Assembly (NCBI GenBank): GCA_964035545.1
Contig: OZ037773.1
Coordinates: 3,501,751-3,565,750 of the forward strand
Reading direction: 5' to 3'
Origin: Bugula neritina
Lineage: Eukaryota > Animalia > Bryozoa
DNA length: 64,000 nt
Positions 48,669 to 64,000 of this stretch are shown here, one piece after another (the first letter of the stretch is position 1; each line of letters begins with the position of its first letter). A program made the position numbers and the translations under genes. The notes under the pieces are model-generated. The model saw nothing but the letters and a program-made list of their open reading frames with translations. It searched no databases and had not been told where the DNA came from.

Positions 48669-51600
48669 TAGTCGGGTGCTTATCTCCAACTCTACTCACT
48701 ATCTTTCATTCTAGCTGCCTACCCAGTCTACAAAATATTCTTCAATTATTTAACTCTGTAATACCTATAAAAATAGTTGAATGTGAGCAGATGACAAGCA
48801 GTAAATCTGTGGAGGTATTCATAGCAAGGCAGAGGAGACATGTTGATTACTGGTTGAAGACCCCTGAATCAGCTGTTATGATTATATTGCTTTGTGAACT
48901 AACTGTGGCATGTTTGTAGCAGACAGCTCTCTTACAGGAAGGGTGGGTGCATGACCACCCTTAAAGTGAACATAATAGTAGTGATTCATCCACCCAGTTC
49001 TCAGTGTTGATATCTAACTAATGTTGACAACTTAAGCAACAGGAAACATATATTATGCCCATACCATGTGGTAAAACTTTTAGCCAAAATAAAGTACTTT
49101 AACTAACCTAACAGAAACTGCCAGGGCAGGACAATAGAAATGGCGATAGTAATCTTTTAAATATAATGAACTTTGCAAATAGTAGCAATACTAGTAATAC
49201 TAACAGTAGTAGTTGTAATAGTAATGGTTATATATGTAATGGTTATATAAGTAATATTAACAGCTACTCTTCAGAGAAGTAATGGTATTGGAATGAAACT
49301 CTTGAGAGGCTTTAGCACTGGAGTAGTAATTGTAAGCAGTAACTACAAAGACTGCATTAATTAGTACTGACAAGTCAGATATTTTGAATCTACAGTGTGA
49401 CAATAGTGCCTCATCATAGATGAAATATTTCCATTAAATGGGTATTCCCTAGTGACTTCCTGGACATTCCTTAAAAAGCCTGAATTAATCACCATGTGAT
49501 GCAATAATTGTATTCATTATCACTGAAGTATGACCAGAGCCATAGGCCAGTGGTATAAGCTGGGAGTGGGGAGGGGTACGAGGAGGATAGGTGGGGATAT
49601 TCTATAGCAGATCTTGTGAGATCTGCTCTTTCAAATATTATAAATAGCTTAGCTGAAAAGAAGTTTTTTAAAGAATTGATATGCCCTAAATTAGATTCTT
49701 GGCTGACCATACAAAACCCTAAATAGTGTTCTAAAGAAATTAATAAAGCTATAAAACGTTTCCCCTACAGAAAAACACTCACTGGTAGATAAAAGTTCAT
49801 TTGAGACAAAGTTTTGACTAGGAATAACAGGTTTGCAAATGTAATTTTACTTAGTTCCATTCGGAAAGAGAAAAAGGTCATTTCACTTAATTTAGTACAC
49901 ACTATGTATCTATAGTTTTTAGCTTTTTTCGAAGTTTAGCCATTAACATATAATTTCTTGCATTGAACTGATGAAATATTAACAAATAAGCAAGGTTATT
50001 TTCTAATTTTGCTTGATTTTCTATGTTTTATCCTAATTTTTTGGTAAACTTTGGCGTGTGAGGGTGTGATGAAAAAAGCATCACACAGCACACCCAAAAA
50101 GGTTGAACTACACTCTGAAAGCATCATTTTTTGAAGCAAATTACATAACTTTCTAGATTGGGGTCAAAAGTAAAAAACTTGTAATCCTCAAGTTACTGCA
50201 AACACAAAACTTACCTATTTGGCTAAAAAAAGAGCAGCAAGCTAACAAGAAGTTGATAAACAGACCATTCCAGGTAGATTTCTGATTGTTACCCAATGAA
50301 ATGCAGGAAAGTGAAACTTCAGTAGATTTACAAGTTGGTACAAATGAAGAAACTTGTGTGTACCTTGAACTGCTATATCACTAGAATTACATAATACTGG
50401 TTGTCAATGCTCAACTACCAGCATCTAGAGGGCCACTTTAGCCACTCAACAAGATCACGTGACACTTAACCTCTTTAATACAGTTGCAATAAATGCTGAC
50501 AACAATCACAGCAACTATTCAGCCATTGCTAAGCATTAAATCTCAGTATTAAAAAATTCAGAATGAAAAACAGAGTAAATTGCTGCAAGTTTTATTTTAT
50601 TAGGCACACCTCTATAATATTTATTTGAATGCATATATATGCAAAAATATGAGGAAGAAAAAAAGAATACAAATGCAAGATGACAACTTTATTGCTGAAT
50701 TAATTGGAGTTACCTACAAACCAGCCAGGATTTATATTATGCAAGCTAAGATGATAATTGAAAGCATCCAAAGGTAAACTTGTGCAAACTATTTCCACCT
50801 CTGCAAAAGACTAGAATGCAGCCTCCATAAACTGATTGCTAACCAAAACAAATCCAGTTTGTATACATTATGGAGTGTTAAAGTTTAGCTTATTTGTGGA
50901 GTACAGCATAGTAATTAAAATCTGTTTAACGTAACCCAATCTGCCCAACAGCCATTATGACTCCTTAGATGTTACATTTTACTATCTAAACAATACCTTA
51001 TAATTACTGTTACTAGATTTCCACCGCTCTATAAAACTGAACATATGCATCATGTAATACATGGGATACATTAACTGCTGGTCCATTGGGAGGTTTGGGC
51101 TACTAGTAGCATTATCTAGTAGCAACGTGACAGGGCTCAACCTGTTATCTCTCAGCAGGCTTTTTGCCAAACATAATTGATGGACCTCTACAATGCAAAA
51201 CGTATTAAAACGTGCTCCTTATTACTCCTAGGCAAGCGGTTGTGGATGCCCATCAAACAAACAAAACTTATCAGCAAATTAGGAATTCTAATTAAGAGTA
51301 GTCCAAGAGGAGATACTTTGACTTGTTTATTTTGAGTACAGCACTCATATGAATATCATCTATGATAGCTTCTACAACTGCAGCCAACATTCTACGTGTA
51401 GTAAAATATATTCATCAGTTTATTGATATACCATGTAAAGCAAATTAAGTGAAAAACTCTATAAGCTGACCCTAGTATTACCCATTTAGGAGCAGCAGTG
51501 GAGAGATTGAGATAGTCCGAGTTCTTAAATTTTTTATTAAAGTTTGGTTTGGGGCGCTGGTTGAAATTTTTGGGAGAACATAACTTCTTTTGCTACATTT

Positions 51601-54600
51601 CAAATATAGAACACAAGCTTTACTCATTTTTCTCCATTACTACGCCTACCTCGGATTACCAAACTAAGCTGTTTTTGAGTCTTCACCAAGCAGCTAGAGA
51701 AACAGTTAAACTAGGAAGACAAGTCACAGTGATACTACATGTCAACAACTGGAACACCTAGCAGAACAACATAAGCAGAAGTGCAGACTGCAAGAGGGTG
51801 GGGTTAGGAGCTGCCCCAAAACTATACAACAGAGCTGGTCTAAGCTTATCCACATCAACCAAGGCAACCCTTAGAAAAATGTGTTTAAGTTTCATCACAG
51901 CATAGGTGAGCGTAGGTTTGGCATTTTAAAAGGTGGGAAATGTAGGCCATCCGTTTGTGGTTTCTAAAATAGATATGTTCAACCCACACTCCAAACTTAG
52001 GACCAAATTTAGTACAAGAAGGAATGGAACTGCAAACCTATAACTGAACAGATATGGCTAAGGTCACGCCACTACTTTTGGGTTGACACCCTGACACAAT
52101 TAATCTTCTATTATTGGATTTTAATTGCTTTTAAAAACTTTCAACACCTGAAAACTTTGAAAACACCATCTGTTGGTCGACAATTAAAAGCTCTTGAATC
52201 TGAATATGTCTAACAGTGGTATAAATGAGTGAGTCACTGCTGCTTCTGTACATTGACTTAGTTTCATGTATTGTAATCAATCACAATTTGTAATTAAGTT
52301 CCATTCAAACACCAACAGGTGATGAAACCATCTTATGTAGCCTTTAAGGTAAAAATACTTAGAACCACAGCAAAGAAAGATTGCAGCTATTTTCTTGTTG
52401 AATTGAAGGTATTGGCTCCAGAAAAATCTCTATATAGTTGATAAAAAATACTCAGAAACAAATATGCGTTAGCCTGCGGGAAATTATTTACGTTGTCTGC
52501 TAGCTTCGGTTTTACGCAAGTTGATTTTTGCTTGATTAGTGAGAACCAACATGATTATAAAATGCAGAGGACTAACTTGGTGAACGTAAACATTTTTAGA
52601 TACTGAAAACCCTGAGAAGTTATGTAATCGCGTACAATTCTGAAAGTATTGTGGGAATTTTCGAAGGCTTATCTTTGCACGAGTTTGTGGTATAAAATAA
52701 GATTACAAATACAATTTAACATAAAGGCTGTTTCTATCTCAAGTGAGAATTCTAAGTTTTACCAAAGCTATATATGTAGTTCTCATGCCATTTAGATGGT
52801 CATTGCCCAGTTAGCTATATATGCTACTCAAGACTATCCAGGGCAAGATGGGTTACAGCTACAGGACATCATATGCCCCCCCCCCCCCCCCAATGGGTGT
52901 AGTCTTGGTTGATTCCATTATTCCAAAATAGTAAATTTTAAGTATTAAAAAAAAACTCTTGGCGAATAGCTTTAAATAAGAGCCAGCAATTCTCAGTTAC
53001 AAACATTTTGGCAGTTCCAGAAAAGATTCCAACACTTATTAATTATTTCGAAACAGTCATAGTTTAACCTCACTTGAAACCAAGATTCAAATTCCAATAT
53101 TAACAACGAAGCACTGCCAAAATTTTCCAAGTTGCAATAAAAGTTGCTACGAAATAAAAATATTTTTAAAAGTCTGGCACACAAACTTGCAGAAATTTAT
53201 TTTTAAAACCAGCATTACAAACATTCCGTGGCTTTCAATTATCTGACATTTAATTGGGAATCGCTGATAGCTATCTTCTGGTAAACAGCATTACGCACTG
53301 CATCCAACAATAGTTTGTTACTAAAATAAAAACTAAAATAACAATAGTTTGTTACTAAAATGAAAACTAAAATAACGTTTTATTCTCTTTTTAATAACAG
53401 TGATGATTTCATTTCTATACAGCCTATAGAAATAGATAGTGAGTGTAGTCATAAACCACTAATAACTCTAATAATCCTGTGCCAAGCAGGATTAACAAAA
53501 CGATAATATCTAATTTTTGAAGTGCTGCATGATGAGTCATTCAGCTGCACTAAAATTTTACCCAGAGGAATAGTTAACGTAATTCAGTTTAGATTAAGGA
53601 ATTAAAACCTGCAGAAACTGGGTACAAGTTCAACAAAAAGCTGCAAACAAGATTTTCCACCAAACCCAAAAGATTTAAGGCAAGTGTAGAGCTGCAGCAT
53701 TTTTCCCAATAAGATTAGTTGTAACAAAAGATATTCTAAACTTTGAAAAAGAACATTACAACTCCCAGTGACAATCTACATTTTAAAATAGCTGTTTCCA
53801 AAATCAAACTAGAACAGTGTTTAAAGGTGGCGACTCTATACCAGGTCATTTACTAAATAAGAAATAGTTTATTTGGTGCATTTAATTTTGACTAAGTCAA
53901 GTCCACCTCCTGTTTTATACTTGGAAAATCTAAAGAAAGTGCAATCCTCACTTCCTCTGCATGATCCATACTAATAGTTTGTTTGTTGAAATGGTAACGC
54001 TTCATATGTAATCCATAGAAATACTACCTAGTATTCAATGAAAAGTTTCTTAAAACTCAACACAGTAAAGTAAATAATGACAATAAGGCTTTAATTGAAG
54101 ATTACACATTGCAAAGAAAGGGTTGAATATCAATGAACTCAATAGCATTATTGCTTGAATCAGGGATCGACTTAATTTTAAAGGCTTCTAGACGTAGTAA
54201 CTAAATTTGAGATAACTGAATGTGGTATTTTCTTACTTTATTATTTTTATACATAATCACTACAGACACTTCAGCAATTTCATACTTTATATTTTATATA
54301 AGGTAAATTGAGTATTTTTCAACAGTCTAATGATTAATTCAAATATTGAAGAGTGAAAAACAAACTGCTAGAATTTCAACTACAGAATATATTTTAAACA
54401 ACCTAACACAGCCAGATGAAAAGTAGCAAAACAGATCTGATGGGAAAACATGATTAATTAGTATGAGAATACATATTTAAGCTCTTTCAACATATCCTTT
54501 TTGAATAAACAAAATAAAGTCCACAGTAAGCTTTTAGCCATAAAATTAGTTGAGAAATGAAGTTGATATTAAAGGTCAGACCTAGCCTGGCAAATTTTAT

Positions 54601-57600
54601 ACTTTGTTTATATTCCATGAGCAAGTTATTACCCAGCAATTAGCATGCTGCAACGCCACCCGTGTAATGTTGCATCTAACTAAAAATTTCACCTGCCAAG
54701 TTTGAATAATGAATTATGTCTCAAGAATACTACATAAACATTCTGTTAGAACCTAGGTTCAACAAAAATATTATCTTGCGCAGATTCAATCGCCATTCTT
54801 ATTCAAAATTAGTAATGAAAAAAGATTTTGCATCTAAAATTCACAGCCTCTTTAAAATTACCATTAGCATCGTTAAAAACCATGCAAGCTAATAATATAA
54901 GAGATAAATTATTCAAACGTTCAGAAATAGCACTTTCAGTTTAAATTCTCAAAAACTTAAAGTTATTAGGTTGGAATCAAGCTTTGAAATTTAATGACAA
55001 ATATAGCTACAATCCCTTCATTTGTGGTGATTTTAGGTAAGATGTTATTCAATGTTACGATAGTAGAACATTTTTAAAACTAAAACTTCAAATTATATTA
55101 TAAAATGAGACGAATGTAAGAAAAACTATAAGAAACTTTAAGTGACTATCCTATATGATATAAATACTATTTTCAATTGTGATTATTAGCATTTTAATTT
55201 TAGCAAATATAAATAATTATATAACAAAGAATACAAGGCTAAATAACTAATCAATCTAGAGCTACTAATGGTAATTGTTTTTTGATTAAATGACTGAGCC
55301 AATGACTATTATTATAACTGCCAATTCGAAAACTTGAGCACATATTGATGTTGAAATAACGCTATCACTCTTACACTTGCAGGCTGTCTCCATGGCTATT
55401 AATATGGTTTTAACTTATCAGCCTTAAGGTGAAAGTTAATATGATATGCATCCGTAGGTATAACTGTTGGGTAGTTTGAGTTTTTTACTTATATTTTTAC
55501 AATCATCATAATGATAATGACAACCAAAATGTAAATTTAGAATGATATTCATAATTAAACTCTGATCATAAACTAAAATATAAAATAAAAATAATACTCA
55601 TACTAATACTAATAGCAATACTACAAGTATAAGTAATACTTGCTTAAACTTATTTATAGTTATAGTATAACTACAAGATAAAAATTAAGAGCAAGTTTTA
55701 ATCAAGCTTACTTTTAGTTTTACTGTTCAATGTTAACTTACTTGAATTTTTGGTAACTTATACTTAACAATAACAGTAACTCAAACTGATCATTATCACC
55801 CTTATCATTATGGTTAAGTTTGATGATTCATCATTGAAATTTTGATGATTAGTCATTATGGTAAAGTGATTATGTTTATAATGATGATATTCATATTGAT
55901 TACATTATTATTTATATTTATAATATTGCTTTTTCTCATAATTATTAAATAATAATGTTATTATTACATAATCATAATGATAATATATTAATAATAATTA
56001 CAATTCAAGTTGATAATCGTGATATTCATATTGTGATTGTTCGATACGGTTATTATATTGAATTTGATATTCATATTAATATTGGGTATTGATTATTATT
56101 TTATAATAATTATAATAAATAATTATAATTAGTAACTTTTCCCTATGCTTTAAGTTCAAGTGTAACTGATAGTGATAGTGATAGTTATACTCGTACTGCA
56201 TAACCATAGGTATAACTACTAACTAGTAATACTAAGTCTAATAGTAATAATAATAGTATACACTTAGACTTACTTTTACTATTAGGTAATTACTCAATTA
56301 GTATAACTAGACTTAGACTAGAGTTACTGTTACTGACTTATACTTATAGTTATAGAAATAGAATGCAATTAATAATTCCTTTAACTATTAACTTTAAGTT
56401 TAAGTAAAAGAAATTTAGCATAGTATTAGTAACTCTTAGATTCAGAAAACTCCAGCTGAAAACGCTTGAAGCACTATGGCAATCTAATTTACTAAAAAGC
56501 ATTTCAATTTGGTTGGTTTACTTATTACTATTACTATTAGTATTAGTATTACTAGTCTACCATAGAGGTGAAGATCCTACAGCTTTGTGATTTAATAGGT
56601 AAGTATATTTGAAGCACGAAAAGACTGCTATGCAAAAGTCCGTGCATCTATAATTTTATATACGACAGTTGGAGTTACCTCTAGTACATACTCTTTGAAG
56701 TATGCCATTTATACGTTACATAGATTACCTTGACATCGTTTATGAATAATGAACAATGATTACTATCATTGTACATAAATTTATAGGAAGGCTTACAGTT
56801 GTAGAGTTATTTCCTCTTTCAATAACAATTTAGAGTTTCGTTTGGATGAGACAACTCTGTGATTATACCATCAGTCTGAGCTAAGTTGTAAAAGCTTGGG
56901 CACCCCATACTTAATATAATTATATGGGTCTTCAGCCAACTATCGATATGTGTATAGTATAACCTTGAACTATATCGTCATATAGTAAGATACTAAGTTG
57001 GTAATTAAATAGCAACCACTACAATCCAGTAAACCAAAGTCTTCAAAAATTAAAGACCCAATAGCAGCTGATATGTCAAAGAGAACTACAAATTAAGCAT
57101 ATTGCAAGTGTAGTATAAATAATATTATCATTATATAAATGATAAAGTGCATGAGTATGTAAGATGAGAGAGAGAGAGGGGGGCACAGCTGAGATTGGGA
57201 ATACATAAAATTGGAACATATTATGTAGTACTAGAGGTCAGGACTGTGAAGCACCACCAGTTAAACACTCTAGTCAGGAGGCAATAATATTCCTGCAGGT
57301 TAGGATAGGAATTGCAGCTAACAACACAGCCAAGCCAATATTGCTTGAAACATCACCGAGTTGTGGGTGAATGAATAGAGTCTTTGTATACACATTGTCG
57401 TCTGAATTCCAACTTGAGAGCCCCAAATCACTGCAGCCACCTCCAACTCTACTTCAAATGATTTTTCAAGCCAAAAAGAACACTTTAGTACACGAATCTA
57501 TAGGCTAGATGAGTAGTGATAGCAAAATAATTTAATATTAAATCAAAATATCGATTGATACATCCCCATCTGCAATGGTATGTTTTCATTTATTATAGAA

Positions 57601-58083
57601 ATAATTCACGCCATCGCTAAAAATTACAATAAAAATAATAATAAAAAAGAATAATTAAAAGAGCTCAATAACTCATCTGATCATGTTGGCAATTTATGAA
57701 GCTAGCACAAAATATTTCAGTTTTTACTACAAAAATTGTTATTTGATATAATAGATAGTGGGTTGATCCCTGGCTATAACTGTTCTAAACATTAAAATTT
57801 GGGCTAGTAATAAATAAGCAAATATCTGAAGTGTCAAAAACAGCATACAAGAGTCCAAAAATGACCAACTACCACGTAAAACATTTCATTATGCTGCCTG
57901 CAGCAACTGAAATGCTACTTTCCTAGCAGTACAATAAGCAAAATAACCTAAAAATATACAGTTGTCTAGAAACGCCGCCTTCAACATAAACTCAGTGGTC
58001 TGTTGAAACTATTGCACAGTCAAAGTGAATAATGAATACTGCATCTGGAAGGCACCATCTTGGAAAGCTTATAGGACATTGAA

Positions 58084-61000
58084 CTACTCGATGTCAGCTA
58101 ATATGGCATCTTGTATCACTTCTATTACATTAGTGCCATCAACTAGTTCTAAAAATACAACACATTTAGACATTATTATTAAATTTGCTTGAAATAAGTT
58201 CAAGATTAAGATTGCGCAGCTAATTGCATTTTATTCTCCGACAAATAAAAGTATTACAGGAGTTTTTTGGAGTATCTCTGAAAACTTTCTGATAACCTGG
58301 TAAACTTGATTTACATGATAACTTATACATTCAGGTAAGCAACTTGTCCTCATAAAGTACTGTTTTAGATATTTTTGTATAATTTGACCCTTAATCAGTA
58401 CATTAGGTAATTTACAAATTCTTTAATGATGGAAACAGTGTTAGGCATTCAATTCACATTATCAGATTTAAGACGCATTTTATTTTTTTTTGTATTTACA
58501 CTCGGGAATTGTCTTCCCAGTTTTGTGCTTTTTGAAAGATTTGAATAGTTTCTTACTCAACAAATTTTTCAAAAGAACATAACTTTTTTCGCTGAAATAT
58601 ACTTAAAACATGGGCACTTAAATGTCTCCTCAAGATCTTACATATTTACTGAGTAGTACCGAGCATTGCATACTACACGTGTATATTATAATATTTCAGT
58701 TTGAGTGAACACAACTACAAAAAAACAAAGCAAATGGCCATCAAATAACAAATAATAACCAATGAGCAGCCAGCTGAAACATGAACTCTATGCAAAGCAG
58801 AATTTGAACTTACTAATATCAGGTCTGTGCGTGAAGAGATCAAGCTGCTGCTGATAAACAGGCCAGTACACGACGTCAAAGTACTCGGGGTATGGCTCAG
58901 GGGGTTCGTAGGCCCTGAGCACCCTTCTGCTCTTACACTCCTTGTACGGCAGGATGAAGAAGTACTTCCTGTCTACCAGCTCCTCCAAACGTCTGCAGAA
59001 ACATAACAGCCTTCAGGTCTGAGAACTGCAAGTCTTGTAGTCCAAGTATTTTACCCAGCAGGTTGGGAACCCCTATTACATTCTGGGTCAATAGGAAGTA
59101 CTGATTTTACTTTATTTATAGTAGATATTTATATAAAAATTACCAAGCAAACAAAAGATTGGAATCTATAACTAAAAAAAACATATTACATGCTAAAATC
59201 TAAATAGAATGCAGTTAGAAGTATTCAGAAAAAGTTCTGGGACAGGAAATGCTAGAACTACTGATAACTCACGTATCTTCATATAACATGATGCCTTCTA
59301 TAATAATATAACGGAATCTTTGAGATATTTTCTCCTTCACGTCTTTTACCAACTTATCCATGTCAAAGGCAGCCAACTCTAGAAGTGTGTTAAGATAATA
59401 TAATAAATTATAAGATAATTAATTTGGAAATATCTAGAATACTTGGAGATATTCTCAACAACATTAGTAACCACTGAGTGTGTTTCGAAAGATTTCATGT
59501 ACTGTAACTCGGCCCATTTAGCGTGTAGCCACGTTAGACGGAATGAGAATTGCGTATAGGTGGAAATCTGCGATCAGCAGGAATGGAAATTTACATGCTA
59601 TTTGCATTTAACTTTACTGTTTGCCTGCAGTGTTTTTCTTTCCATAGCTACATCTGTGACCAACTGTATTTTACTGCTGCAAAAGTGAAAAAGCTAAACT
59701 GCAAAAAATCAAAATGTAAACGTGAAACTCGTAATAAATAATGAGCAGCTAATATGATCACTTCTGCAGAAACTCGCCGAGCTGGTTGTTCAGCATTTAA
59801 ACTGATCAGATTTTCTGCGTGTATATAATCTTCACTAGTGGTGAATGCAGAAATCTATCTAATATAACTCTACATTTAGTGGTCAAACAATAGCATCCCA
59901 AATATTAATAGTGATCATACGCATTAAAACTTGTCTAGTAAGCGCTAGGTCATGGGTTCAAATCCTGGCAGCATCATTGGTGATGTTAAGAAGAGCATCT
60001 GATCATAATAGACCTTTTCAGAGGTCTCTAATATCCCCCTTACAATTAAGAGTTGTGTCCCCCAAAATAAAATTGTTGAACAAAATAAACTTAAACTCAT
60101 TTTTGCGGTTTTGGTTGCTGATCAATGCTGAAGTGCCATTTTAGCATTGCTCAGTAACCAAAACCACAAAAATGCTTTCAAGTTTATTTTCTTTGAAATT
60201 CTACATGAAGAATTATTTTAAAATTTTTTGAGCTGCTAATATGTGTGCTTATACCAAAATATATATCTTCTAAAAGAACAATTCTATAGCATAATTAGAA
60301 TTTTAAGTGGCAACCAAACATTAAATTTTTAATGAGTTTGCTCGTTATACAAAGGTTCAACCTATTCACTTTGGGAAGACACAACTCTCATTTGTAAACT
60401 TTGAGAGATATCGGGGACCTCTGAAAAAGGTGTATTGCTCTAGCACAGCAAATACACATATTCTTAGCTCGTTAAAATACAACCCTTACCATCAGGTGTT
60501 TTCACAGCGATAGAGACTTTAAAATAATGTAAGTAATAAAACATATCAGGCAAAAACTGAATGAATTGAGGTAGACAGAGTATAGCAATCAAGACATTTA
60601 ATTACGAACATAGCATCTCTGGCCACCACTGTGCTAGCTAAGCTCACACATTTCAAATTTAGAATGTGAGTAGCAGAAGTTTAGCACAGAAATAAACACT
60701 CGAATAGCCAAGACAACGGAAAAGGACTAAAATTATACTTTATATTTTCAATTAATCTACACTCAGTACTGATAAATGTTTCCAGGAAGAAGACGTGCTT
60801 TACATTACCTCAACTATTCATCTGAAATAATGACAAAAACTCAGAATTACAAATCTGCCTAAGTATTACCATTAATTCCAGAGCACACAGACTAAACAAT
60901 GACTCACCATCCCAATTATCCGTACCATCATTCTTCCAATGTGAAGAATCTTCAGGCTATAAAGTAAGACATAAAAACATAGCCTAAATTTAAAAAATAG

Positions 61001-61759
61001 GTTATTTACTAAGATTTAATTACTGCAAGACATGAAAATTTCAATATACCAAATAAGGGCAATTACTAAAAATATTAAAGTGAAAATGCGCTAGTCATGT
61101 GGTGAAGCGATGTAAGTATACTTACAAGAAAACTTAGTTATATAACATATATTCATAATAGAGTTCTAAAACAATTCATCAGATGTAGATGTGAGTGAAT
61201 TTTTCTTTTGATAAAACTCCTATTTAAAAGCCAAACGTTGGCGTTTATTTACATCCTGTTGCATATTCAAACCCAGAAAATAGGTATATCTTTGAGACAT
61301 GACAACATGAGACGAACTTGCAAAAGCCATGCCCTCAACGTGATATTGAAAAATATGAGCAACTGCAACTAGATGCCTCTCCATACTAGTAGTATGAAGA
61401 AACATCAGCTAGAGACTGAAGATTCCTGTATACTATGCATACTCACCCAATAATAGTCATCTTGATGAATGACCGCCACAGAGTCTTTGGGCAACTGTCC
61501 TTTCAGATAATCAGCAACAGTAGTCTTTCCACCACATGTCACACTAAAGAAACTCTTCTGTTTATACTGAGCTGTTTATATTGAGCTATTTATACTGAGC
61601 TGTTTATACTGAGCTATTTATACTGGGCAATTTATGCACACAATAACATGCATGTAATTATATAAGACAATATAATATGTGTTGATATTTAATGTGAGAA
61701 AATATTATCACCAATTACCCTCCTAAACCCAACACGAGAGTAGCCAGTTCGGATGCCAT
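58084..61759 (-). CDS. NMRK1: Nicotinamide riboside kinase (178 aa). Exons 61719-61759, 61447-61543, 60908-60956, 59273-59378, 58814-58992, 58084-58148
   Basis: Spliced protein MASELATLVLGLGGVTCGGKTT (P-loop) ...VIHQDDYY...NWDELAAFDM...IIIEGIMLY...ECKSRRVLRAYEPPEPYPEYFDVVYWPVY...LVDGT matches NRK family motifs. All introns are GT-AG with consistent phases (537 nt). Confidence 0.92.
59900..60008 (+). mobile_element. tRNA-derived SINE, degraded 5' fragment (copy 3)
   Basis: GGGTTCAAATCC B box followed by cattggtgatgttaagaagagcatc, as in the other copies; truncated at the MITE. Confidence 0.55.
60011..60431. mobile_element. MITE with ~70-bp TIRs in an NMRK intron
   Basis: accttttcagaggtctctaatatc...gagttgtgtc and gacacaactc...gatatcggggacctctgaaaaaggt; internal palindrome at ~60093-60178. 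Confidence 0.7.
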
Positions 61760-62721
61760 TAGTGAATGAAACTGATCAGTTATTTAAAGGGTAAACATGA
61801 GAATAAGGAAGACTTTGATGAATAATAGAAGCTCTCACTTCCTGTCTTTTAAGTGAAACTCATATTACCTGCAACCATAAGATGTAGGCAACTATAAGTA
61901 TAAACTATGAGTGTATCAAGTAATTTAGTATAACTGTAAGTATATCGTGTGTAAAAAAAAAATCGACAAAGAACTATTTTTGCAATTCTCTATTTATAAT
62001 TTTTATAGCAAACTTATTCTTCCTGTAAAAATTAATTTTAAATAATACAATGTAATAATATTATTAAAATTTTATTATTAGTAATACTAATAGTAATAGT
62101 TATAGTAATACTAATAGTAATACTAATAGTAATAAACCAATAGTAAAAGTAATACTGATAGTAATAGTATAACTATAAGTATGAGTATAACCATAAATAT
62201 AAGTATTATCATTATGTTATCACCAGTTATGTAATATTGTATTATTCAATTATTTATATTTATAAATATTAATATATTAGTATTACATATTTATGTCCTT
62301 ACATTTAAATTGAACCATCCAGCAAAAACTTATTGATTAAACATCTTAGAAGTATAATGAGCAAAAAATAAATAAAAGTTACTTCTAGAGTCTATACTAA
62401 TACAGTAATAATACTAGTTAATACTAATACTAATAGTAATACTAATAGTAATACTAATACTTACAAAATCTAATAACTAGTTTCTACAACTTTCTCTCGA
62501 TCATTAAACCTATTAATGATGAAATGAAAATCGCTGTTGGATGTAAACTCGGTCTCTTCTAAATCTTTATGATTATGACTTTTAGAGAACTGATATATCA
62601 TCGCAATTGTATTAGTTAACATAGTTTTTCATTTCTCCTTTTTATAATTTAAGGCTAAGCTCTTTTCAGAAGCAGCGATTCGAGTTATGGCCTTAAATTG
62701 AAGCTTCAAATAAATCTATAA

Positions 62722-62858
62722 GCAGCTGCAATTTCGGGGTGAATGAGTGCAGTAGTTAGAGTTCTCAAGTTTACCAACAGAGGTTTATTAGACCCCCCAA
62801 ATTTAAACTCGAGAGCTTTAATATACTGCACTCATCACCCCCCAATACAGCCGTTCTG
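62722..62858. mobile_element. Small hairpin/MITE-like element, same family as 4862-5005
   Basis: Arms GGGGTGAATGAGTGCAGTA (62736-62754) and TACTGCACTCATCACCCC (62824-62841). Confidence 0.65.
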
Positions 62859-64000
62859 AAGTTTTTTTTTTCTCCATGATCCACAATGGTATACTGCTGC
62901 AGAAAAAAATCAATACGAATTAAATGAGTTTGTATGAAAATTTAAATGACTTTAGACATTGAAATGATATTGTGACTATAGAATGAACACTAGGACAGCC
63001 AAGATCAGTCAGCACCAATAATAACTGCTATTATAACAGCTTCTTGCCACGGACAATCCGTGACCTTAAAGGGAACAATCTTTGCAAGACTAATTTACAC
63101 ACAGAATAATCTAAACATTGACAGGTTAACTTACCTGTACTAATAAACAATATTGCAACACACACTGCAACCAATTTATGGACTATTGTATGCATTTTAC
63201 TTTCTGACCAACCGTAAACATATGAGGCATGCCGCTTCTGCTACCTAGTGGTCTAGCATGATCGTAATCTGGAGGTAACTGGAGGTATAACGGAAAAATA
63301 ATAAAAAATCCAATAGCCGATAGGGTCGTTAAATAACCTAGAATTTTACTATGGCTTAGTTTCAATGTGTTGACAATCACAATGAGTATGACTGTTACTG
63401 TTACTAACAGTAACAGTGTTAGTGTTACACTTACTGTTACTGTTAGTGTTACAGTTACACTTAGTCTTACACTTACAGATATTTAGTCAGTTACTGTTGC
63501 TGTTAGTAAGACGAAGTCAAAATTAGACTGCAAGTCGAGCAACTAACAACTATTTCTAACACAATAACACTAACAGTAACTACTAACTTACTGTTAGTAA
63601 CAGTGCTATAGATGTATTCAAGTATTATTTTATATTTGACATTTTGTATGCTATACCACTACAATATAATATACTACAGATATAGCATCCTGCTTCCCTG
63701 CAACCGTAGTTAGAGCTTAATATTGTTTTGTATTGAATACTTCCATGTATTCTATCTTTTCCCCATTTATAATATCTCTTTTCTTCCATACATAGTGTAT
63801 GTCTACTATATAGAATAACAGTAACATTAAATAGACACACACTTACAAGGTTATACACCATGATACAGGACATACAACTAATTATTGGAGATGGTACAAC
63901 ATTAGCCCTAAAAGTATACTTCCACATATATGATGTTTCGCAACAGGACTTCTAGCCTAAGGATTATAGCACTTCGCTCTTTAGCTATAAGATACTTATC

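Noticed and set aside
63183-63380. 65-aa minus ORF or the first exon of a neighbouring gene
   Set aside because: No recognisable homology, and strand and frame cannot be resolved within the window.

Overview
Eukaryotic, AT-rich, intron-rich animal genomic DNA (probably an invertebrate; inference). Four spliced genes lie on the minus strand: a multi-C2H2 zinc-finger gene running off the left edge (<1-4107), protein phosphatase 1 catalytic subunit beta (8 coding exons, 6375-18935), inositol-trisphosphate 3-kinase (21091-48668, two alternative N-termini and a U12-type intron) and nicotinamide riboside kinase (58084-61759). PP1 intron 1 holds an intact Mag-like Ty3/gypsy LTR retrotransposon (13959-18460, apparently identical LTRs, 5-bp TSD). 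One IP3K intron hides an antisense nested 3-exon gene for an unrecognised 453-aa protein with about 15 tandem R-x-x-S motifs and a C-terminal two-TM hairpin. Its own intron contains a 3.3-kb TIR element that may carry a micro-exon gene. Between the IP3K 3' end and the PP1 promoter are two different type I hammerhead ribozymes, one duplicated in a perfect 190-bp palindrome. SINEs, MITEs, mini- and microsatellites are common, and AGT/ACT-rich tracts recur near gene 5' ends. All exon calls are manual and lack transcript evidence.
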